The translations under genes were made by a program, and so were the position numbers. From Podarcis gaigeae (lineage: Eukaryota), in NCBI GenBank assembly GCA_964106915.2, contig OZ066919.1: DNA of 64,000 nt. One strand, written 5' to 3'. The notes under the pieces were generated by a model. The model was not told the DNA's origin and made no database searches. It saw only the letters and a program-made list of their open reading frames with translations. Numbering within the stretch: the stretch's first letter is position 1; the number at the start of each line of letters is the position of its first letter. Of this stretch, positions 54,553 to 64,000 are shown piece by piece.

Positions 54553-55565
54553 GTAAGTGCTTGGTGTTCAGATGTGCAAAATCTGCATCAAACCAACACA
54601 TACCATGAACTGCCTACAAATTAGATCTGCATGAATCTCCCTCACCTTACTAACAGCCTTCATTTGCACAAATTAAGACCAAGGGGACAAAACTGGGGAT
54701 CAGTTTCTGTCAGTTTACATACACGGGTCTCCCTCTGCACATCTGGACCATGCTAACAATAAAGCCCATGACTGAGCAAACGGCACTTTTGCTTGAAGTT
54801 TTGGAGCAGTTAACTTTGTAACCAAGCCTTCCTTATAAGATGCACTCATAGCATGTGAACTTATTTTCTGCTCCCTTATAAGGAGGGTTGGAATCCCTTT
54901 CCTCTGCCTACTGTATAAATTATGCAGAGCGAGTCTGGTGCTCCATTGGTCCAAATAAAAACTAGAAGAAAGTGCTTTAGATTTTTATTTGAAAAATCTG
55001 TTGTGTAGAATACCAATTTCTGGCCAGGGGGAACCTGGTGTAGGTTTTATTAAAGTTACCCCTGAATTCATCACTCAGTTTTTAAGTTTCAATTACATAA
55101 TCAGATTTTGTCCCCAACGGTCAATGTAATCTTAAACCAAGAATGTGTGTCTCACCAACACCATATGCTTAATTTTTCTCCCCACACACACTCTCTCACA
55201 ACACTCACTCTGGTACTCCCACAGCCCCACCTTCTGGCAGAATAAAAGGGCGCAGCACCCATATCCCAGTGGCTTCTCCATCTCAGTTGTGACAATGAAT
55301 GCTAGTGGTTTTGCTTAGGAGTCAGAGCCCTCCTTTGTGTAGGACCAGCAATATATTAATTGGGTAAAATGGGGCCAGACTCTGTGTTCTTGGTAGCAGA
55401 GAGCTTTACTAACCACCTGAGGGCATCACTCTGACTTGTTACTGCACATCCTTTATTTATTTATTTATTTTATTTATTTTTGTTTGTTCCTGTTGCGCTA
55501 ATACAGATTCTAGCTTTGAAAAACTTTCTACTTTTTTAGTTATAATTTTCTTCCTTTCCTCTTTG

Positions 55566-55613
55566 TACTAACGCTTCTCTCTAATCTTATTTGCATTCAA
55601 ATTACCTCACCAG
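55566..55613 (+). promoter_or_regulatory. Branch point, polypyrimidine tract and UGC (SRRM3/4-type) element of the meA 3' splice site
   Basis: TACTAAC 55566-55572, second CTAAT at about 55581, TGC 55592-55594, acceptor CAG 55611-55613. Confidence 0.75.
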
Positions 55614-55631
55614 GTGGTACACCAATCAGAG
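55614..55631 (+). CDS. PTPRF: PTPRF alternative microexon meA (18 nt, GGTPIR)
   Basis: cag|GTGGTACACCAATCAGAG|gtaaga, phase 1-1, encoding G-G-T-P-I-R (known LAR-RPTP mini-exon A peptide: GGSPIR in human LAR, GGTPIR in PTPRD). Perfect TACTAAC branch point at 55566-55572, no AG from 55540 to 55611, TGC about 20 nt upstream of the acceptor. Confidence 0.93.
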
Positions 55632-56178
55632 GTAAGAATGCTGAACTGTGCCTCTAATTGTCATGTCACTCCATATCCTTTCTGCCATGCCCGTCTCCAA
55701 CAGTATATCATCTCCAGCTATTCTTTCACTCCAAACTCTTGTCAGCTCACTTGCGCATCTGCCGTTCCTTCCTGTGTGTGCTTGTTTTTGTTTATTTTTA
55801 GTGTGGCGCCTTGTAGAATCATCCATCGCAGGTGTGCACAGGTCAAAGGGGGTTATTCAACGGGAGGTTTTCAGAGGGAGAACGCTATCCCCATTCATGC
55901 CACAGAGGGTTCTGAGGTCTTGAATCTTTCAGATTCAGTCACCCTCTGGGGCACCACGTCCTGGCAGGTCTGAAATAGCTGCTGTGGCATGTTTTGAAGG
56001 ATGTAACACTTTCACAAGAGAACAGTGAAGCCCTTCCTTCTGCATTATTGCTGACAGGAATTGAACTAATACAAAGGAAATAAATTCTTAAAATGCCAGG
56101 CAAATCTAACTTGAGGAATAAGACTGGAGGACTTTCTCTGAGAGCTGAAGGTGACCTTTTCATAAATTTAATAAATAA

Positions 56179-56179
<1 letters not shown>

Positions 56180-56230
<51 letters not shown>
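56180..56230. repeat. (ATT)n microsatellite
   Basis: About 17 perfect ATT units. Confidence 0.97.
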
Positions 56231-59200
56231 TTGCTGGCCCTTCTCTGATATGAAGGTGAAGGGAGGAGATCTAAGATGCCAGCTCCACCCCTTCTGAAGC
56301 CTGACAAGAATTCATGGTGCACTGTAGCATAAAGATTTGTTGTGAGTAAATGAATCAGACACACATCTGGCTGCATTAAGTCTTCAGTTGTTCAATCCAC
56401 CTCCAGTCTGACAGCTCTGCATTCCCAGACCTTGCTAGTTTCACTGCCTATATGTGCTAGTAACATTTCTAGCCTATACACTCAAAGTAGTCCCTTGAAT
56501 TAATTTTAAGGTTGTAATCAGTACTATATAGTATGACTCTGATCTCTTGTGATTTCAGTTACTGCTGTTGACTGACCCCTGCATTTCCTGATAAACTTTT
56601 TAGCACCACTAAATTACACTATCTCATTTGTCCAATGCTCCCCTTCTTTCCTCCCCCTTCTCTCTCCACTGAATCACTGCTGGAAGTTAATAATCCAAGT
56701 CTTTGGAACTGATTCTGTTGCTGGGAGTTAATGTTTTCAGTTCTTGTTAAGTGATTTTGGAGCAAATGGGGGTTGCTGTTTCAAGTGTATTTGCATCAAG
56801 TTGCTTCTGTGAAAAATCTGGGTCAGGGGAAAAACTGTAAACCTCATTTTGATATGAATGGGTTTCTCTGTCATCTTCTCTTTGGAATGCTGCAAGATTG
56901 ACAGCTGTGATGCCACACATTTTTAAAACCTTTTCTCTGCTTCTATCACAACTCTGAAAGCAAAATGACAGACTGAATGCTAAGTAACCAAACAGGCCCT
57001 ATCGTTGCCCATATCAGGTTGGGCCTTTCCCAGCACACAACTGCTATGTATTTCCTCTGTATCAACAAGCGAGGGCATTAATGACTCAGCACCAGAACCG
57101 TCTGGATGTTCCGTACATCCTTTTTGAGGAAAGTGGACATATCTTTATAATGAGAATCATCCATCTCATAAAACATAAATCTCCCTATCTGAGTCCTAAT
57201 GAGGTATTTTAAGAATGTGTCTGACATTATTTAAAATGTATGTGTCCCGTTTGAATGTCAAAGATGACATTTCTGTACGTGCCAAAAAGCCACCTCTTAG
57301 CATCTCATACAGGATTTGTGTCAGACTTACACCTTTTGTTAAACACACAGGCTATTGAGTCTCTAAAGATTACCAGATGTGGTAGGTGAAAGGGAGGTTA
57401 TACTCACATAGTGGTCTGTACTGTGGTTCTCACTAAGGTAAGTTTGTTGCACTTCTGGGATCAATTTGATGTGGAAATAAAATTAAATTATTTTTTTGTT
57501 TGCACAGCTAGTTGGATGTAAAATTTTTGGTTCATGTTGAGAGGTGGATTCTATGTGAATGCATTGAAGGGCCAATCATACTTTCTGCCTATTGAATGGA
57601 AGTGTTATGGAAGTCAGGCCGGAGAAGCAGGATAAAATTTTATTTCTGAAACTAACCTTTCCTTTGGGCCCTGCAGCCGCAGTTCTACTCTTGCTGTCCA
57701 GAGGTGCTGTCATTTTTCTAACTGAGAGCTCTGTGTTCACAAGGCATGTTGTCACTTTTAACATTCCCCCTTTGCCTTTCAGGTGAGACCCAGGCTGAAA
57801 GGTCAGGGTGAGTTTTGATAGACTGTTCAGAGATGCATGGGTCTAGTTGGTGACTGGCAGGTTAGACAAGAGGATGGATGATTGGATGTGTATTTTGAAG
57901 GATGGCTAGTAAGCAAAAATAAAAGCTGCTTTAGGGGAAGTGACTTGACACATGTCCCCTTTCTCAAAGTTCAAATCAAGTTTTCTATGTTGTTATAGAA
58001 TGCAATTAAATATTATGAGAAATATTTCTCCTGGAAGCAGAAAATGCTGGCATGTCATGGACCTCTGATGCTTCAGATTTTGCCATTGCAGGCACATGAG
58101 AAGCAGTGGAAGTGTTAAAGGGAAGACAGCATTTTAAATGGTCCTTTTCTTCACAAAATAAATTGGAATCAATTGGAAAGCGTTCGTACCCGTTGACTGG
58201 ATAGACTTTCCTCCAGTGTGAGTTTCACCACTGCAAAGCAGAAGGACAATTACTTTGAAACAGAAAGATCTGATAATTGGCAGAGAAGGGCTGAGAAACT
58301 TTTTATCTAATACTTTTATTATTGCCCAAATTTCACGCTGTTTTGCCCTTAGCACCCTCTTTGGCAGTCTTGTAGTGCTGCTTCTCTTGGGATCTGCATA
58401 TATCAATCTCTCTTTTTCTGTATCTGGAGTACAAGAGGAAAGTGCATGAATGCCAGATGCATGATACACAAAAGGAAGGGGAATCAGTGATTGAGCTGTA
58501 TTCCTGCATTTGCCCTTGTGTGCCGCTCAGTTTCATAGCTCTCCGTCAGTGACTGCCTCACTTGTATATATCACAGAAACCCAGCTTCATTCCAGGTCCC
58601 AGCCATGCCAATCATCATGCTCAGGAAGAAGAGGCACAGCTGAACAGGAACATAATGAGCATCAGTAATAACATCACTGTGGTAGTTTTGTTTTTATTTA
58701 TTTAGCTTATTTGGCCGTAAAAAATAAATAAATTTGAGATGGGGGCATTTGGCTGCCATTCCAGGTAGCACCTAGGATTATTAGAGCTGAAAATCTAAGC
58801 GGCATGTTAAGTAGAGTATTGATATATAAATCATGATCCAGAAAATTTTGTGCACCATTTTACTCTACTGACAACTGCAGAGCTGCAAGAATCCAGTGTG
58901 AGATTGTGAAAGTAGACTTTTGCCTTCCTCGTCAAATCCTCAAATTTATATAAACATAAATTTAACTGAACACAAGTGAAGCTTCTGAGTAAACATTCAT
59001 AGGATTGCTCTGTTAATGAGACAGTCAACATTTTTCATTAACTTTGCTGGCAAAGCAAGGCAGATCCTGCCAAAACCAGAACACTTCTATGTTCCATAGA
59101 TTAGACCTACCTGCAGAAATGTAAGGTGAGAAGGTATCTGTGGATTTATTTATTTTAGCCATCTCTGCCCATGCTTATCAAGCCCACCAACCCCCACTAC

Positions 59201-59559
59201 CTATTTTCACTTGCAATTACAAGTCAGTAGAGAGTAGCCTTCCCCAATTCCCATCAGCCCCAGCAAGCATAGCCAATGGTGAGGAATGATGAGAATTCTA
59301 GTACAAAACATTTTGGGGTTGGGGAAGGCGATATAAAGCATATGCATGTGCCTCACAAGTAGAGAGGAGCAATGTAAGGAAATGCACATAAATAATGTTT
59401 GGAAATATCCAGGGTCAAGGAACAGGAGGCTAGGAGTTTGAATCCCCTTTCTTGGAGGTTCCCTCTGCCTCCTGTCAGTCATGAAGCAGGTCATCATTGC
59501 TTGCTGTTACTATATTTAAAACTTGCTTTTGTTATATTTGAAAGCAGTGATGGACTGGA

Positions 59560-60295
59560 TGTGGGCCAACAAATTAAAAATGAATCCTGAAAATCCAGGA
59601 GCTGGGAGGGCAGCCTCTTCTGAGCAGGGTTGCAATCCCCTGGAAGAAGCAGGTTCATAGCTTGAGGGTGTTGTCCAGCATTGTCACTTGAGGTGGCTAA
59701 TTTCCTGCTATGGCTTGGTTTGCCAGCTACAACCCCTTGTGGACAGAGGTGACTTCGTCACAGTCCTGCATGCTCTGGTAACTTCCATATTGGACTACTC
59801 TTCATGAAGATGACTTGGAAACTTCAACTGGTTCAAAATTCAATGGTCAGATCGCTTGCTGGGTTTGCCTTTAGCACTTATGCAACTCATGTTCTAAAAC
59901 AGCTATATTTTCCTGCCAATTCAAGGTGCTCATGCTAGTTTTTAAAGCTCTAAATTATTTAAGCCCCAAATATCTGAGACACTGCTGCCTTCTCTACAGA
60001 CCCTCTCAGATATTAAGATCAGCACCCTTTGGGTGGCTCTGCCGCCCTCAGAAATTCAAGGTGATGGCTCAGGAGAGGACATTCTTTGTAGCAGCTTATG
60101 AATAGTGGCACCTTTGCTATATAGCCTTTGTCAGTTGCTGAAGACACACCTTTTTATCCTGGTGTTTTTGGTGTTTTCAGATGTGTGTTTTCAGGACCCA
60201 CCTGAAATTAGTTTTAACTGTTTTTAATACTGAATTTAAATCATAGTAACCAGCCCTGGCACCTGCTGATGAAGGGTGGGTAATAAATTTAACAA
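59560..60295 (+). mobile_element. Degenerate L2 LINE 3' fragment
   Basis: 'catgctctggtaacttcc..attggactac' (HALVTS.LDY), 'ggaaacttcaactggttcaaaat' (KLQLVQN), 'tttaaagctctaaat' (FKALN) and a 'gaagggtgggtaataaat' tail. Confidence 0.8.
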
Positions 60296-61769
60296 CAGCA
60301 GCAACGTAGCAGCAGCAGTAATAGTATTGGTAGTAGTAGATGTTTTCCTGGTCTGGGTTACAAAACATTAAAAACAAACCTGACAATGCTGCTGCTGCTG
60401 TATAAAGAACAGTCAACTTATTAGTATTATATGTGAAAGCACCTTAAGAGTGGCAGAAGGAAGGCTTTTCTGGCTGGCGTCCCCTGCACTGCCCCCTGCC
60501 AGCCCCAGCGTAGCAATAGGAAGGGCTCCCTACATCATTTTTATTACATAGCAAAGCTCAGTGAGGTTCATTTTTTCTCTCCCTGACATATAGACTTAGG
60601 CTACAGTCTCAATTTATCCTTCTAAATAATGTAGGTGGCGGCAGTTGATTCACATTAGTTTTCCTTCTGTTGCAATGATATGAAAACTGAATTTGACCTC
60701 CGTTCCTTGAAGTGGGAAGAGCGGAGACAGCAATTTTGGCTTCTGTTCACAGTGCTGTTTTCTCTGGCAAATGGAAATGGGTTCAGACTCTGACAAGCAG
60801 ACAGGTTAATGTTTTTTCTCTTGGTTCAGGTGTGTATGTGTTTCTGAGCAAATGCCCTCTTCTGCCATCTCTGGAATCTCAACTTCTGGAAGAACCAAGA
60901 AAGTCTTTGCTACTCAGGAAGTATGGAGGTTCTGATCTGGCAATGTGACATCAAGGCTACTTCTACATTCACCCTTTGCTTATTTTCCCCTTCACCATTG
61001 TCATCCTTACTTCCTCCACAAACTAGATGCAGCCCATTTTAAATGATTTCCAGAGGAAACAACTGGACAGGGTTCAGCACTCATCTATGATGGACGAGAT
61101 AAGCAACAAGAATGCAATTCAAGCCGTATTTGTCCCTAATGTGGGTTGGGCTGATTTCAGGTTTAAATTGGATTTAACACAAGTTGTACCATTTTCTGAT
61201 GCTGACTTATTAATTGTATTGATGGTTGTATTGAGGTCTTTATCATAAATGAAAGGAGTAGTCTTCAGAAGCAGAGATGCAAAGGACTTCTCAGGGTACA
61301 ATCTTGTAATCCTTTTGGTTTGTAGGTTTCTAAGGTTCTGTTATTTGTACTTTATGGGGAAGTGAAGGTTTAATTTTAGAGAATTGAATTGATAATTAAA
61401 GGAAAGAGAGTAGTGCACCAAGATGCAAATTGGTTGTGTGAAGATGGTATTTGTTGTGATATTTCAACGAATAAACCTGAATTCTTTTGAAAGTTTCTGT
61501 GCTTGGTAGAAATGGATGTATTCCGTAAGAAGTGAATTGAAAAGGTGTCAGTAACTGTTTGCCTGTGCAGCTATAAAAACTGGACACAGCAGGTGCTTTT
61601 TAGCAACAACCAAGTGGAAGTGGTGTTTGGTGGACCCTCTGAGAAGTGCCATGCCACACATTTACCAGAAACCCTTTGTGTCCTAAGTTAGGGACACAGA
61701 GCAAAAATTTACATGTTTTGTAAATATATTATTGTAACCAATATTGTCTGTGTTCTATTTTCCACATAG

Positions 61770-61880
61770 GAGCTCTACAGATTGAGAACAGTGAAGAGTC
61801 AGACCAAGGCAAATATGAATGTGTCGCCACGAACAGTGCTGGGACCCGTTACTCTGCTCCAGCCAACCTTTATGTGCGAG
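61770..61880 (+). CDS. PTPRF: PTPRF coding exon, second half of Ig domain 2 (111 nt, phase 1-1)
   Basis: Acceptor tttccacatag, donor gtaaag. Translates (G)[36 protein letters not shown], in frame with 45974-46162. Not in the ORF track because it is short. Confidence 0.95.
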
Positions 61881-63199
61881 GTAAAGTTGGAGAAGGCAAA
61901 CTTCCATCCCTTTCTACCTTCTCTTCCGTGTCTACACCTTCTCTAATGACCCATGAGACGTTGCAGCGAGAGGTTACCTTTATGATGTATTGTAAATGAT
62001 GAAACCAGTCATTGAGTTCAAGCCTTGGAAAGTCAATTCTTGCCACAATTTTTTTTCTTTATTTCATTTTTTTTTTTTTTGCCAGAGCTTCTTTAATGGT
62101 CAGACTGGTTAAACCACTGTCATAAAGGGGGCAGAAGTTCATGTTTAATTATTTGTATATTTTGTTAAACAAAAGCGTGTTGGGGGGATTTGTGAAATTA
62201 GTGGGTCTCTCTTTTTCTCACTGCCACCCTTTTTGGGGAGGGTTTATTTATTTTAATGAGATAAAGTTTTGAGCATTCATTTCATAAGCTTGACTTGTTC
62301 TCTTGCAGGTGAGTTGGTGCATCATGTTGACTCTGGAATAGCATGTTAGTTTCCATAAGCTCTCTTGGTCAACACCTTGTCAGCAACGGGGATTATTGCA
62401 GAAGCTATTAAAATAGCTTCCATTCCTGCTGAGAATCAGCTTCAGTTTGTTACATGAAGCCACTTTGCCAGACTGTTTTCTTAACTTGTTATTATTCCCA
62501 GATCTCAAAGTCTTTTCACTCACTACGTTAAATTTGATACAGAATTTTGTGTTTGGAGAGCAAAGAGTTTGGTACTTTATTAAAAGCTGATGAGTTTTCT
62601 GTTCTGTTTTACATGGGGACAATGTGTGTTCTCCTTGGCCAGACCTTGTATTAGCCAGGGATATTAATGTAAGACACCCCTTGGAGGTGTGTTTTGGTAC
62701 TTACATAACAGTGGGAAAGAAGAAGAGTGTCAGTTTGGTGCCTTTGACTGGTTGGCAGTTAAACTCATATTTTATTCCTTCTTAGGTCCTGGATCTCAAT
62801 AACTACCCATTTAGAAATACTGTTTCCATCTTCATTCCTTCCTCTGTCTTTTCTCTTTTCTCTCTTTCTCTGTCTCCCCACTTGACCGTTGCTTCCTAAT
62901 ACTCATGCACACGCCTTTTATTTGTGGGGTGGAGGGGAGCTGCCTTAACCAAGCTAAGGAAGAGTTATTCCCAGGAGAAGCCAAAATGACTTACTGTGTG
63001 ATTGCTTCTAGGTCTCTCGGTTACTCTCATTGTGTTCAGCACTCATTTTCTACAGGTGCCGTTTCATCTTGCAGAACAATTTCAACATACAAATCTGTAC
63101 GATGCTGAAATTTCAGATAGTCTCAGAACTCTTTATCTGTGCAGCAGAAATGCCCATTTCTCAAGCATAATGTGCTTATTATTGACCTTATATACCCTG

Positions 63200-63202
<3 letters not shown>

Positions 63203-63235
<33 letters not shown>
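63203..63235. repeat. (TG)n microsatellite
   Basis: About 16 TG units. Confidence 0.97.
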
Positions 63236-63237
<2 letters not shown>

Positions 63238-64000
63238 TCAGCTCTAGTAAAAATAATGTTATATCTCCCCAGAGTAAAGGGAGGGTGTTTGTTTGAACAT
63301 ATTTCATGTTTACATTGTTGTGTAAATTTTTGGACATTCTTAATCACTTTCGCTTTTTTCCCCCAAGTATCTTTCTCTGTGTCAAGCCTTTCCGAAAAAG
63401 CTTGGGAAGGCTAATGTTTCACCTGAACACACAGCTTGCCAAGGCAAAGAAACCTCACCTTTAAACCTGGCTGATTCCCTGTTTGTTGAGACTTTCTTTA
63501 TTTAGCTAGAGAACTCCCCTTAGATTCTAAGGAGTGCAGTAAACTGTGACCCCAGGTTTGATGCGAAGAGCAGGTTGTTCAGCTAGCTGGCTGGCTCTCT
63601 CTGGAGATAAGGTGACACAAGCCAAGCTTCTAGTAAGGTTCTGTTTCTAGCCCTGTGTGTGAGGCTCATTTTCTATTAACTGTTGTATTTCTCAGGCATA
63701 AATTTCGAAACAAGCCTCTTTTTATTGCGTATAATCTTTACAAGGTTGGACTCCAAGCTGCAGGATTGAGATAAAGCCCCATAGTATATAAAATACAGGT
63801 TACTCCATAAATTGTCCCCTGTGGAGGTTTGCCATATGTACTGTTTCTCGGACTATATTTGTGCCGGCGGCTTCGTTTTATAGAACAAAATAGACACCCT
63901 AACCAGCCCAGTGAAAGACTTTCACCATTCCTTTGGCTCCCAATCCATTGCTAAAGCAGGAGGCTACTTCCCTTGTTTGAGAAAACAGACCAGGATGTAT

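Noticed and set aside
55939-56376. 145-aa ORF with poly-Ile (also poly-Asn/Leu and VC-repeat ORFs elsewhere)
   Set aside because: Artefacts of ATT, TTA and GT microsatellites.
45974-61880. Assignment to PTPRD because meA reads GGTPIR
   Set aside because: Diagnostic residues in the constitutive exon (EKART, ISWF, ATSNG) match PTPRF.
61961-61975. In-frame CAG CGA GAG GTT (Q-R-E-V) resembling LAR mini-exon B (DQRE)
   Set aside because: No AG acceptor or GT donor at positions giving a 12-nt exon; the true meB is probably beyond the window.
62086-62098. AGCTTC... after a strong acceptor, resembling the start of meB ELRE
   Set aside because: Would be 13 nt with an in-frame TAA and a weak donor; not meB.
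1-64000. CRISPR arrays, operons or prokaryotic defence systems
   Set aside because: Eukaryotic intronic DNA; no repeat-spacer arrays or long ORFs are present.

Overview
Vertebrate genomic DNA from a squamate reptile. The repeat content (Sauria SINE, CR1, L2, RTE, Penelope, DIRS, hAT and Tc1/Mariner MITEs) suggests a lacertid lizard, which is an inference. The window appears to lie entirely inside the + strand gene PTPRF (LAR receptor tyrosine phosphatase). It holds the last ~46 kb of a long intron, the two constitutive exons encoding the second Ig domain (45974-46162 and 61770-61880), and the 18-nt meA microexon GGTPIR (55614-55631). Nearly all ORFs in the supplied track are spurious or transposon remnants. 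There are no prokaryotic systems, CRISPR arrays, rRNA or true tRNA genes. The most interesting signals are in splicing of the meA intron: (i) a candidate in-frame 9-nt microexon (VFF) at 54544-54552; (ii) a second acceptor 190 nt upstream that would create a poison exon; (iii) a candidate recursive-splice/poison 25-nt microexon at 57783-57807 with UGC and TGCATG motifs. A further AG|GTGAGT site lies at 62308/62309, in the intron after the second Ig2 exon. A young Penelope insertion (15-bp TSD) forms a 78-bp inverted repeat carrying minimal hammerhead ribozyme motifs; the catalytic core is intact antisense to PTPRF and mutated on the sense strand. All of these are sequence-based predictions and need RNA-seq or alignment support.
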